The notes under the pieces are model-generated. The model saw only the letters and a program-made list of their open reading frames with translations. It was not told the DNA's origin and made no database searches. This document shows positions 22,617-36,764 of a stretch of DNA of 64,000 bases, piece after piece (within the stretch, counting starts at the first letter, position 1; each line of letters begins with the position of its first letter). Origin of the DNA: Octopus bimaculoides (lineage: Eukaryota); assembly GCF_001194135.2 (NCBI RefSeq), contig NC_068997.1, positions 2,265,457 to 2,329,456 of the forward strand, in the 5' to 3' direction. The position numbers and the translations under genes were made by a program.

Positions 22617-25600
22617 CATATATATACATATATATATATATATTCTTTTATTCTTTTAGTTGTTTGAGTCATTTGACTGTGGCCATGCTGGAACACCACC
22701 TTTTAGTTGAGAAAACCGACCCCGGGACTTATTCTTTGTAAGCCTAGTACTTATTCTATCAGTATCTTTTTGCCGAACTGCTAAGTTACAGAGAAGTAAA
22801 TGCACCAGCATTGCATGTCAAGCGATGTTGAGGGGAAAAACACAGACACACACACATATATATATATACGACAGGCTTCTTTCAGTTTCCGTCTACCAAA
22901 TCCACTCACAAGGCTTTGTTGGCCTGAGGCTATAGTAGAAGATACTTATATGTGTGTGCGTGTGTGTGTGTGCGTGTCCGTGTATATTTATATATCTTTT
23001 ATCGTCTACTTGTTTCAGTCATGAGTCTGTGGCCATGCTGGGGCATTGTTTTGAAGGAATTTTAGCTAAATGTATTGGCCCCAGGACTGGTTTTTCCTTT
23101 CTTTTGTAAGCCTGGTACTTATTCTATTATTCTATTTTGCTGAACCACAAGGTTATGAGCACATAAACACACTGACACTGGTTTTCAAGTGGTGGTGGTG
23201 GTGGTGGTGGTGGTCGGTAAAAACATAGATGCAAAGACACATAAACACAAATATATATATATATATATAATGATAATAATAGTAATCCTTTTTACTATAA
23301 GCACTAGGCCTGAAATTTCTTTTGGTGAGGTGGGGGTACAGTTGATTAGACCGACCCCGGTATGAAACTAGTACTTAATTTATTGACCCCGAAAAGACGA
23401 AAGCAAAGTCGACCTCAACGGAATGTGAACTCAGAATGCAAAGACGAACAAAATGCCGCTAAGCATTTCAGCCAGCTTGCCGTCATGGTGATAATAATAA
23501 TAATGATAATAATAATAATAATGATAATAATATTAATAATGATAATAATAGATAAAGGAAAAGGAAAATAGATTTAGCACCAGTGCTAAATCTATTTTCT
23601 GTTTCCTTTATCAATTATTGTCTCAACTAACACTGCAGAATTCCTGATGTAGACCCAGCAGAAATATATCCCAACCTCGGTTGACACCAAGTAACCCAAA
23701 CTGTGAACATGTTTTACTCAACATACCAATTGACATATCCCCATTAATCATTCAAAATCACACATATATATATATATACTCTTCTACTCTAAGCAAAATT
23801 TTTGGGGAGGAGGCCAGTCAATTAGACCAACCCCAGTACACAACTGGTTCTTAATTTATCGACTCCGAAAAGATGAAAGATAAAGATCACCTCGGCAGAA
23901 TTTGAACTCAGAACATCAAGAAAGAGACAAAATACTGCTAAGCATTTCATCTGGCTTGCTAACGTTTCTGCCAGCTTGTCCCCTTTATATAAATATATAT
24001 ATGTATGTATTTATAGATCTATACCAAAATTTGGAAAAAAATATTGTATCTGTTATCAACGTAGCAAAATTCTCACATGTGAGTTTTTGTATGTATATCA
24101 ATTTAAATAAGAGCTAAAAGATGATCCATTGTAAAGACTTTCATCTTTTAGCTCTTATTTAAATTGATATATATATNNNNNNNNNNNNNNNNNNNNNNNN
24201 NNNNNNNNNNNNNNNNNNNNNNNNNNNNNNNNNNNNNNNNNNNNNNNNNNNNNNNNNNNNNNNNNNNNNNNNNNNNNNNNNNNNNNNNNNNNNNNNNNNN
24301 NNNNNNNNNNNNNNNNNNNNNNNNNNNNNNNNNNNNNNNNNNNNNNNNNNNNNNNNNNNNNNNNNNNNNNNNNNNNNNNNNNNNNNNNNNNNNNNNNNNN
24401 NNNNNNNNNNNNNNNNNNNNNNNNNNNNNNNNNNNNNNNNNNNNNNNNNNNNNNNNNNNNNNNNNNNNNNNNNNNNNNNNNNNNNNNNNNNNNNNNNNNN
24501 NNNNNNNNNNNNNNNNNNNNNNNNNNNNNNNNNNNNNNNNNNNNNNNNNNNNNNNNNNNNNNNNNNNNNNNNNNNNNNNNNNNNNNNNNNNNNNNNNTAT
24601 ATATATCATCATCACTCTCGGAGTGGTTGGCATTAGGAAGGGCATCCAGCTGTAGAAACTCTGCCAAATCAGACTGGAGCCTGGTGTTGCCATCCGGTTT
24701 CACCAGTCCTCAGTCAAATCGTCCAACCCATGCTAGCATGGAAAGCGGACGTTAAACGATGATGATGATGATGATGATCATCATCATCATCATCGTTTAA
24801 CATCCGCTTTCCATGCTAGCATGGGTGGATGATTTGATTGAGGACTGTTGAGGCAAGTAAAATCAAAATCGAATCAAATTCGATGACTGACACCAGTGCC
24901 AGTAGAGTGCTAAGAGCACCGTCCAAGCATGATCGTTGCCAGACCAGCTGACTGGCTTCCGTGCCGGTGGCCCTTAAGAAGCACCATTCGAGCAAGGTCG
25001 TTATAAGTGTCACCTTACTGGCACTTATACTGGTGGCACATGAAAAAAACATTCGAGCGAGGTCGTTGCCAGTGCCGATGGACAGGCTCCTGTGCAGGTA
25101 GCACGTAAAATACACCATTTTGAGCATGGCTGTTGCCAGTACTGCCTGACTGGCCCTCATGCCAGTGGCACGTAAAAGCACCCACTACACTCTCAGAGTG
25201 GTTGGCATTAGGAAGGGCATCCAGCTGTAGAAACTCTGCCAAATCAGATTGGAGCCTGGTGTAGCCATCTGGTTCGCCAGTCCTCAGCTGTAGAAAATCT
25301 GCCTCAATAAACTACAGCTGATCCATGTAAGCATGGAACAGTAATTAAAATAATAATGATGATGAGAATGATGATATATAATAGAGAGTAGTTGCCATAT
25401 TTCATTCCAGATCAGCTATCTCTGATGATCACAAGGTGACATAATTATATTGTTACCGAACATCCCGTTTAATCCCGAGCACAAAACAGATTGGTAAGGT
25501 TGGCCATAATGGATATTGTACACTTTCAATAATATACCCACTCTATTGACAGATATACGAGCGCATTTTTTTCCTGACTTATGGACTTTTAGACCACACA

Positions 25601-26377
25601 CACACACATATATTCATAAATATATACACACACCTGCTATATATTAAGTGATCCACACCAAGCAGTGAGACACTGTGCTAAAACAGAGCCTTCCAACCAT
25701 GCCATTATGGAGAGCAAACATGACAGAATTAGTGGTGATGATGATGATGATGAAAATGACAATGGTGATGGTGATGATGATGATGATGATGATAAACAAT
25801 AAACTACTTTTGATTCTTCCCCGCCCCTTTTATTAAATTTTTGTAGTAGTTTTTATTGATTCTTTTTTCATAAACTTTACTTTGCGGTTGTTGATTTTCT
25901 AGTCAGTGTTGTTGTTATTGTTATTGCTGTTATTGTTTTCACTGGTGGTGTTGTTGTTGTTGTTGTTGTTACCTTGACATTCTGCTGCTGTTACGTTGTA
26001 GAAAGGTGAGACTATGGCATATAGCATTGATCGGCAACACACAGGAGGCTGTAGTATCTATGCGTGTGATGCACGTGTGTTTGTGATCATATGTATACAC
26101 AAGTGTGTGTATATATGTTTGTGCAATCGTGTCATTGTGTATGTGAGTAAGTATATGTGTTAGTGTGTATTTGTGCGAGGGAGACTGTAATGTGTGTGAT
26201 TGTGTATGTGCCTTCACGTCATTGTATAGATGTTACGTTTGAGTCAATGAATAAGTGTGTGTGTGCGTGTGATTACCAATTTGCCAGTTTCTGTGTTCAA
26301 CACTGGAATAAAGTTCTCCAATATACCTGCTGACACCATGGTGATGATGATGATGAGGAAACTGCGAGTACCATCAC

Positions 26378-26421
<44 letters not shown>

Positions 26422-29320
26422 CCATCCCTACAGCACTCCTTCACCACCCCATCACATAAATCCATATTCCATAGATGGTAATGTCTTAAAGAAATACTTG
26501 ATCGGCGATAAACATTTTCAGAGAGAGAGAGAGGGGGAGGGAAGGGACAGAAGAACGAGGAAGAGGTAAATGAACAGAAGTGGGGTGAGGGTGAGAGAAA
26601 GAGGGAGAGAGTGAGCGATTATATTAATTAAAAGGAAATAATCCATTGTTACAGAGAAACATTGTAGAATTTGGAATATTGTTGGGTCCTAACATTTGAA
26701 AGCCTCGGCATTGCATTGGTGTTTAAGCAACACCTCGCCCCACCCTCGCCAACCCACTTCATCTTCCCACATTGGAGTGGGTGGGGGTGGGGACCCTCAC
26801 CCTTCACTGTCCACCCTCACACTTCCACCATCCCAAAACCACACTTGCCCATCCCACACTTATGACTACACCACTCCCCCTCTTCTGCTCTTACCTCCCT
26901 CTTTGTCATCCATCCTCAAGTTCCAACCATCTCTGCCACTCCCCCTACCTCCTCCAACTCACACTCTGCTCACCCAAACGGTAGCAGTTGCCCTCGACAA
27001 CCCCCGCCCCACCCCTAGTAACTGCTGTAATAATCACTCCATCAAGTGGAAGTCGTTAATATGTCAAATTCACACAAATCTTTCCATAATTGATTTCACA
27101 TCATTTAAAACAATGTTCCTCCATATTTGTCCCGCATCTCCGGCAGTCAATGATTTACGGGGAACTGCAGTGTGTATGTGTGTGCATATGTGCTCACATG
27201 TGTGTGTGTATTATATCATGTATGTGCATAATATTTATGTGTGTATGATAATGCATAACTATCTTTCTCTATACACACATATATATATACACATATATAC
27301 ACATAGATATATACATATACATACATATATACATACATACAAACATATACATACATATATACATACATACAAACATATATACATATACATACATATATAC
27401 ATACATACAAGCATATATACATATACATACATATATACATACATATGTGCAGACATATATATACATACACATNNNNNNNNNNNNNNNNNNNNNNNNNNNN
27501 NNNNNNNNNNNNNNNNNNNNNNNNNNNNNNNNNNNNNNNNNNNNNNNNNNNNNNNNNNNNNNNNNNNNNNNNNNNNNNNNNNNNNNNNNNNNNNTTATTC
27601 ATTGGCACCTTTAAGAACACTTTGATGCGGCTGTTCTCCAGTTCAAGTTCTGGGTTCTCTGTATTCGTTGTTTATACAGAAAACACCATTCCATACAGAG
27701 GTGGCCTTGGTCATTCTTGTTGATAGATCTGGTCCCTAATGCACAAAAAGATTCCTATAGGTAGCATTCCCTTTTGGAACCCCATTTTTTGTGATTTCCT
27801 TGGGTGGGGATACAGATCAGTTAATGAGAGAGAGAGAGAGAGGGGGGGGAGGTGTAGTGAAGCATGACCTGGGGCATGGAAAGATATGATGTCATCAGGA
27901 GGTTCCATCTTAAAGCCTACCTGTAATTGGATTTTGTAGAATATGTGGAATACACTGTTTGCTGCATCCCATGAAGCCAGCATAAGGACGTCATCTATAG
28001 ATGCAGGGGCTGTGGAGTGAAGAAACTTGCTTCTCAACCAAATGTTTTCAGGTTCTATCCCACTGTGTGGCAACTTTGGCAAGTGTCTTCTGCTATAGTG
28101 CTGGGCTGGTCAAAGCCTTGAGGGTGGATTTGGTAGGCAGAAACTGAAAGAAGCCTGCTGTGTGTGCGTGTGTGAGTTTATATATTGGTTTCAATTTTTG
28201 GCACAGGCCCAGAAACTTCAAGAGAGTGATTAAGTTGATTACATCAACCCCAATTTCTAACTGGTACTTATTTTACCAACCCTGAAAGGATGAATGGCAA
28301 AGGTGACCTTGGCAGAATTTGAGCTCAGAAAGTAAATACTGACAAAATGTTGTTCAGCATTTCGTTCGCTGAAGTAATGAATCTGCTGGTTCACTGCCTT
28401 TGTGTGTTTATACAGTAGAATAGTAACAAGGCCATCATCATCATCATCATCATCATTGCTTAATGTCTGTTCTTCATGCTGGCATAGATTGGATGATTCT
28501 ACAGAAACTGCCAAGTCAGAAGACTGCACTAATCTCTGCTGTCTGCTTTGTCATGGTTGTTTCTATGGCTGGATGCCCTTCCTAAAGCCAACCACTTTAC
28601 AGAGTGTACTAGGTGCTTTTCTTCACATGGCACCAGCAGCAGTAAGGTTTCTGAATAACTTGCAAGACAAGCCTCCCGCAAATGAAAAGGGTGTGTAGTG
28701 CTGAGAGACAGCAAAAAAAAAAAAGGAGTCTTGGAATTAGAGGAGAAAACATGGCTACCACTGGTGAAGACAGGGTATGGAAAGAGGAGAGGGAGAGGGA
28801 GAGGAGAGAAAAAGGAGGGAGAGATGGTGAAGCTGTGACAGGGACTGGAGAGGGTGACTGGGGTGGGTGAGTTTACTGGATTGCGAAAGCAGAGTGGTGG
28901 ATGGTGGGGGAATCTAATGATTAGGCAATACTTCTGTATATCTGCAATCTCTTCCTCAACAACAGAGAAGAGATGTATAGAGTGCTTAATTAGCTAACAT
29001 AATGCTACTGTATATGATAACACCTGAAGCTGACATATATGGATGCATCACAGCTAATCATGATCTCCAGTTATAATGTTAGTAGAAGTATTTTTGAAGG
29101 CCTAAAATAATGAAATATTTAATGTTGAAGTATAAATGGTTATATTTTGTTTACACTGTGAGTGTGAATTCTCACTCACACACATACATACATACATACA
29201 TATATACATACATACATGTATATATGTATATATCTATGCACACACAAATTTATCTATGTATGTTTTTAATTTAGAAACAAAGATATATTTTGAGCAATTT
29301 GAACACATCCTCCTCTTCCT

Positions 29321-29358
<38 letters not shown>

Positions 29359-29778
29359 ATTGTGAGAGAGAGAGGGAGAGGAGAGAGAGAGAGGGAGAGG
29401 GGGGAGAGAGAGGGAGATGTATGTGTGTATTCATATATATGTGTGTGCATGCATGTATGTATATATGTTATTTATACATACATACACTTATCTGTATACC
29501 TGTGTATATAGAGAACATACAAGATTTCATCATGTATATGTTGTGTGTGTGTGTGTGTGTGTGTGTTATACATATACTCACATATTTGCATGCGTAAGTG
29601 TATGGAAAATTTGTTGTTGGTTTTTTGGTTTTGCTTTTTTTTTATATTTTCAAAAAACTGAAAATCTATAAGTTTTAGTATATTTTTTTCAGTAAAGAAA
29701 GTCAGTTATCGATCTGGAATTATCTGTGACAGAATCTCACCTGTAAACCTGTAAAAGGTAAAACTGAGTATTGGTGTG

Positions 29779-29846
<68 letters not shown>

Positions 29847-29929
29847 TGCATAGGTGGGGGTGGGGAAGTGTCTGGAAGTAGTGAATGAGTAAACATTTTG
29901 TTCTGGCACTGGACCAATACTGTATCTAC

Positions 29930-30545
29930 TACAAGCATCATTACCACCACCACCACCATGACCACTACCACCACCACCACTACTTCCATCACCATTGCCT
30001 ACCATACATCAACTGTCACCACCACTGCCACTATTCCTTCGAATACTACCACTGTTGCTACCTGTATCACCAACACTTACAACAGTTACTACAAGTACGA
30101 CATCAAATACTACCACTACAACTATTACTTCTACTGCCACCAACACTAGCATCCTACCATCATCGTTATACCCCTATTACACCTACTACACCCACCCCTA
30201 TTGCAGCTCCCACCATCCACCCCTATTACCAACACAGTCAGCACCACTACCACCGCCCATGTCAATACTGCCATGACTACCACCACCACTATCACTACTG
30301 GCATAACAACTACTACAACCGCTACCACAACAACCACTACCACCACATCTACTACTCCTACCACTACTACTACAACAACAAACACTACCACGAATACCTC
30401 AATCACTATCACTACCACTACATCTATTACTACTACTACCACCACCACCACAACTACTACTACTCCCACCTCCACCACCACCACTACTGTTACCAACCCT
30501 GCCACCACATATACTCCACACACCCCACTACTCACCGTCACCTAT
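29930..30545. repeat. Cryptic (ACC/ACT/ACA)n trinucleotide low-complexity tract
   Basis: Gives Thr-, His- and Val-rich pseudo-ORFs in all frames; similar tracts at 46750-47000, 61915-62110 and 62420-62560. Confidence 0.85.
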
Positions 30546-30862
30546 CATTAATAAATGTAAAGACTATGCAAAAATGAACCTGAGACTGCAAAGTCAGATT
30601 TCAGTGAAACCAGAAGCCAGTTCTTCCCGAGTCTGCTGAATTGGTGAAAGCAGCATCAATGGAAGTCTGGCACTGAGAACTTTATTAAAAGCCATCTTGA
30701 AGAAAATCTAGGAATTCTAAACAAGTGACATGGCAGTTTACCATTTCAATGATAACACAGAAAATGTATTTAATATTATTAACTGGAAGACTGCCAGACA
30801 CATACATTCATAATCACACATGTGTACATGCATACACACACACACACACACACACACATACA

Positions 30863-30905
<43 letters not shown>

Positions 30906-31344
30906 CTGAAGGATTACAATTAATCAAAGGATATACTAAGTATATCTACCAGCTGGAAATAACAGTCAAAACTCTTATTTAAATTGCCAAAATACACTGA
31001 TAATAACTACAGAAATCAACTGTCTGAAGGCATATGGGTCAAGACAATCTCTTGGCATACATTCAAGTAATTGGACTCACGTGGACCGGTTTCTGGACTG
31101 ACATTACAGCCTCACCCTCCTCAGCATGCATTACCATGATGGAGAGCCCCATCCCATCACGCTGAAGTCTGTGTTGCAACTGATTCATTTTGCACCAAAT
31201 CATGGCAGTCACATGGTTGAATGCCCTTCCAAATCCCACCCTTATTCCACCCTTATTGGTAGCACCAACATTAAAGGGGTAGACATATCCTCAACATAAC
31301 CCTAGATTCCTCTAGGCACTTTCTTGTCTCCGTTCTTTCAGCAA

Positions 31345-31710
31345 CTGCTACACAGGGTCTACTGGGTGTAAACATTTGTGGCACCAAAACTAAAGGGTAG
31401 TACATAACCTTGACATGACCAAAATGTCCTCTACACCCTACAAGGTATACTGGGGTGTGTATATCTGTTGCAACAGCACCAAAGAGGTACACATAACCAT
31501 GACATGACCAAAAATATCTTCTATACCCTACAGGGTCCACTGGGTGTGTATATTCGTAACACCAGCATCAAATGGGTGCAGATAACTTTGACATGACCAA
31601 AGAATCCCCTGAACCCTACACTGATACCATTCATTCAACAACAACTACACAGAGCTTACTGGGTGTGTATATTTGTGGCACCAGCATTAAAGAAGGTGCC
31701 TTACCTATAG
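31345..31710. repeat. Diverged ~90-bp tandem repeat, about 3.5 copies
   Basis: ACTGGGTGT..GCACCA..ATAAC(C/T)(A/T)TGACATGACCAAA..CCCTACA recurs at 31361, 31449, 31539 and (partly) 31658. Confidence 0.8.
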
Positions 31711-34700
31711 CAAAACCGAAGAGTCCTCTCTATGCTGTCTCAATTCAAGAAGACACTGATGATGATGATGCTTCTATGCACATTAAACCAGACACATATG
31801 TTTGTGGAATACTCTGCCACCTACTCAAATGAATAGGTGTTTCCATTAACGAAATAGCTACAAAAGTGATGCATCAATGACTAGGGTTATTGTTTAGCCT
31901 CAGTTCAATTGTGATTGAGCATTGTCCAATCAATACTGATCCAGTAGAGACCATGTCCATCTTTTATTCAGACATAGTTTGTATCTAAACTTATCTAAAG
32001 TGTCCCTTATGTTCAAAACCAGTAGGATGACATTTGAGTGGTTACTTTTTCTAGCAGAACAATCAACCTATATTAAGGCTCTGATTCCTATACATATTCT
32101 GTTTGGTCATTATATTGACAGATTTCTATAGCTGGCGCCAGTTTAGTAGCCAGAATTTGACAAAAAAGCTAGTAAAACCCACCACATTGTCTTTAAAATT
32201 AATTTCTAAAGAAGAATACAAGAAGATATTGGACTGGAGAAATAAAGGAATCGGTAAAGATAAGCTATTAATATATTTTCTATAGACAAATGGTTAAGAT
32301 AGAATCAATAAGGAGCGGAGAGGAGTGGGGAGATGGTGAAGATCTCTTGTTAGATTTAAGGAGACAGACAGTCTTATGGAACAATTGTGGCACCAATTTT
32401 GGGTCATCCATGCAGCTCAATAACAGAATTACAGAATAACGGAATGAGTGTGTGTGTGTGAGTGCCTGTGGTGGAATATAGGCGTGTGTGTGAGTAAGGG
32501 ATTACAGATTTGTGTTTATGTTTAAGTAAGGATTACAGAAGATATGCGGCTAAAGGAAAAACAAATGAGTGTTTGTGTGTGAGTTTGTGTCATTCAATGT
32601 AAGTGTGTATGAGTAGATGATTACGGATACATGAAGATGATATATTATATATATGTTTGTAGATGATTATGGATACATGAAAATGATATATTATGATATA
32701 TGTGTGTGTACACATGTATAACCACATGCATACACACACACAATGATGATAAATATATTCAAATATATTTTTTCTATATTAGCACAGATGTGGTTGTGTG
32801 GTAAGAGGCTGGCTTCCCAACCACTTAGTCCCAAGTCCAGTCCCACTGCATGGTATCTAGGGTTAGTATTTTTCACTATAGCTTTGAGCCAACCAAAGAT
32901 TTGGGAGACGGAAACTGAAAGAAGCCCATCATATAATATATGTGTGTGTGTGTTTGTGTTTGTACCCCCACTACTGCTTGAAAATTGGTGTTGGTTTGTT
33001 TACATTCGCATGATTTAGTAGGTTGGCAAAAAAAGTGAGACCAAGCTTTAAAAAAATAAGTGCTTGGACGGGGGTCAATTTGTTTGCCTAAAAAACCCTT
33101 CAGGATGGTGCTCCAGCATGACCACAGTCCAGTGACTGAAACAAATAAAAGAAAATTTCAAATTTTGGCACAAGGCCAGCAAGTTTGGATGAAGGGTTTA
33201 GTCACTTACATTGATACCAGTGGTTAACTGGTACTTACTTTATCAGCCCTGAAAGGGTGAAAAGCAAAGTCGACATCACTGGAATTTCAACTCAGAATGC
33301 AAAGACAGACGAAATACTGCTAGGCGTTTTGCCTGGCATTCTAACAATTCTCCCAGGTTGCCACCCTTGAAAAAAATGAAAGATAAACGACCATCAACAT
33401 TATTGGCACCATACATTTTTACCAATTCTTGAAATGGTTTGGAAGGATCCTCTCCCACATGCTATCTAACTTTCATCCTCTCCTTCATCAGATCAACTTT
33501 CGTTATTTCTTCTTAGGGTTTCCTCACCATGTACCTTCTCCACAAATTCCTTTCTCTTGGATCATATAGCACTTCTTTACCCAAGTGTCTTTCTCAATAG
33601 CACGTCTACCAGACCCACTGCATGGCACCATGGGCAAATGTGTTCTACTATAGCCATGGGTTGAACAAAATCTTGTGAGTGGATTTAATAAATGGAAACT
33701 ATGAGTTTGTTTGTGCTTGTCCCACCACCACCATCACTTGATGCTGTTGGTTTGTTTATGTCCCCATAACATACCAGTTCAGTAAAAGACTAAGTATCAG
33801 GCACTTAAAAAGAAAACTAAACTAAAGATACTTCAAGGCAGTTCCCCAGCATGGTTGTAGTCCAATGACTGAAACAAGTTCAAGATAAATACGGTATTTA
33901 CTCCACCTATTTGAGTTCTGGGTTCAAACCTCACAGTGGCCAACAAATAATATGGAAGGCATTAGTGTCCTACAGTGTACACCTCCCCCCCCCCATAGTA
34001 AGGAGGAATCATTTAGTTTCACAAGAGACATAATTGCTGCTAGTGTTGGTGCCAGTGTGCAATATACCCCCCACCCCCCATCATCATCATTTTAATGTCC
34101 ATTTCTCCAGACTTTCATGGGTTTGACAGAATATAGCGAATTAGGTTTTCTATGTCCAGATGCCATTCTTGTAGCCAAGCCTCATCTGTTTTGAAGCTAG
34201 GTAATATTTCCCCCATGGTCAGACATGTTATTTCAGAATATTAGAAATGAATGACACTGCCTGTATGACGGTGACACTCATTTACAACTATCATGAGATG
34301 TCAAAACAAGGAGACATAAACAAACACATACACATATATTATACAATGGGCTTATATCAGTTTTGGTCTATCAGATCCACATGGCCTGGTGCTATAGCAG
34401 AAGACACTTGCCCAAGGTCCAACAGAATGGGACTGAACCCAGAACCATGTGGTTTGGTTGGGAAGCAAACTTCTTACTTAATAGCCATCACTCTGGAAAA
34501 CGGTTACTGTTCAGAGAGGCATCCAGCTGTAGAAACCATGTTAAAACATGTAAAATGTAAGGGATGAGCAACACTTGGTCTCTGACCTCGCAAAGACATT
34601 AGGAACTTTGAGTAAGAACTGTATCAAACTGTGATAATACAACCAGGCCAGGCCAGCACGGAAGAGATAAATGAAATGATGATGAGTGTGGGTGCATTTT

Positions 34701-35039
34701 TCTTCCTTTTGGCCAGGATCTAACCCAGGCCACAGCAACAAAGTCCACCTGCCATACTTTTCGGCTCCTCATCACTGCTTCGAGGTTCTGGAAACATTCC
34801 AGGCCAGTGTCTGCGATTAAATCGTCAATGTAAGTGGGGCAACGTTTTCCTCTTCTTACATCACCATTCACTGGGTTTCACAGGACTAGTTTTGATGCTT
34901 CCAGTTCAGGGTGATGTACGCAGTGACTAGACAGAAGCAGCCATGTTTGCCTGATCTTCTCACCAGCTTTCAGCAGGTCTCCACGAAAGCATTTATAAGA
35001 ATTGGATGAGATATGGCGGCTCGGCCAACTCTCCCCAGT

Positions 35040-35380
35040 TCTTATATTAATCATTAAAATCCAGAAATACAACAACACGAGGGAAAACGGTAACAACAGA
35101 TCAATAATTTATTCTAGGTTGGTGTAGAGCCGTTTCGTTCCTGGGTGAACAGGCATGCCGCTAGAATACCAAGGAAGCTTCAAACATGTCAGTATCGAGT
35201 TGAGAGAGCACTGGAAGATACGTGTTGTCACGACCGCTGCTAGATAGAGAAGAGGACAAACGCTATTGCTCTCTCTCCACCTGTTGCATTGCGCATGCGT
35301 GCCCAGGTACTTCCGCTGACGGCAAGTCCCTTGCACATGCGCAATGGCACTTCCCAAGATGACCGCCAATGGTGGCCACA
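35040..35380 (-). mobile_element. Candidate solo LTR inserted in the LINE
   Basis: TGTGG...TATAAGA termini (TG..CA with one change); 4-bp near-TSD CATT/CAGT on the plus strand; AATAAA at 35108-35113 followed by a GT-rich tract; GC/CpG-richer than the flanks. Confidence 0.55.
35289..35367. promoter_or_regulatory. Cluster of NRF1-like, ETS-like and YY1-like motifs
   Basis: TGCGCATGCGT 35290-35300, ACTTCCG 35309-35315, TGCACATGCGCA 35332-35343, CAAGATGACCGCC 35355-35367. Confidence 0.4.
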
Positions 35381-36693
35381 CATTTGTAGCATCCTTGTAT
35401 AGCAGCCATCAATCATGTTTAATAATTACTTTGCCAGTGTCTATATTTCACTCCCATATAATAACACTGGTTCGACAGTTGTGTGTTTAAATTTGCACTT
35501 CTGCAATGAACACTAGGTACAAGTGGTGGTGATGATGATGTCATTTCTCAATAAATTATTGCTTTTGGTTTTGTTACTCTGAAGATGTGTCGAACAAGAA
35601 ATCCCTTCCTTGGAAAAACAGGTAAAGAGTTAAAGATGGGCAGAGTGTCTGTTTGTAAAACTATACCTCCATAATATAAGCAGTCTCCATTATATAGGCA
35701 TGGAGAAAGAGGGGACAGTAAATGACGTGTATATTCTCAACATGCAAATCAGTGAGTCCTATACATACTGTACTTGAAACATTAACTAAATGACATACAT
35801 AAACATATAAATATTCCATTTACAGAAATATCACCTTTGAATATTGAATATAGGAGTGAGTATGGGGAGAGAATGAGGTAGAAAGAGAGAAAAAAACAAA
35901 AAGATATGAAAACTGTGTGCATATATATGCACATTCACATACATATATACACACATACATACATACATATGTACACACAAATAATATATACAAGGATATA
36001 TATATCCATATATACACACACATACACATATATGTGCATATATACAAATATATACATGTATACATATAGATATATATATATACACACACACATATGTGCA
36101 TATATATAAATATATACATGTATACATATAAATATATATATACATACATATATACACAGATATACATATATATATAAATATATGTGTGTATATATACACG
36201 TATGTATGTATGTATTATGTATAATGGAATATCATGAAGATTCTGCTATCAAGCTAAGATATGTCGAGAGCTTAAAAACTGAAAGTGCAACAGAATTCCA
36301 GATATCAGCACATTTATAAGATTTCTCCGGAATTTCGATTTAATATTCTCATTTTAATATCTTGCATTGCTCATATTGACTTTAACAAAGAACAAAAACC
36401 ACACAGTTGCATTCACACATGCTCACACTTCCCCCTGAAACACACATACACAAAGATACATGTGTGTGTGTGTCTAATAATGTGTATAGACAGATATATA
36501 CATACATACATGCGTACATAGAGGGAGAGAGAGAGAGAGTCAAATGTAGCAACACATGAACACACACAACAAAATCATTTACTTTTCTTATTTTCTAACT
36601 GAAGAGATGCACAGATTTTATTTCACATTTAACTAATTTATCTTTTATCTATACGCACATATTAACTTACTTACACACACACACACACACATA

Positions 36694-36764
<71 letters not shown>

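Larger units (their letters stand above)
34700..35505 (-). mobile_element. 3' fragment of an RTE/RTE-X-like LINE, split by a 341-bp insertion
   Basis: TVEPVLLYGSEI..IDGCYTRMLQM (35381-35505) continues as SWPSRHISSN..KIRQTWLLLSSHCVHHPELEASKLVL..TYIDDLIADTGL..VMRSRKVW (below 35040). Confidence 0.8.

Noticed and set aside
25422-25475. CTGATGA followed by hairpins and GAAC
   Set aside because: The stem is not adjacent to the core, GAAA is absent and stem I does not form.
29885-30577. Long Thr-, His- and Val-rich ORFs resembling mucin or His-rich proteins
   Set aside because: They arise from a trinucleotide low-complexity tract that is open in several frames on both strands, with no convincing splice context.
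33465-33497. Minus-strand CTGATGA-AGGAGAGGAT-GAAA
   Set aside because: Stem II does not pair, and the region looks like a decayed RTE ORF2 end.
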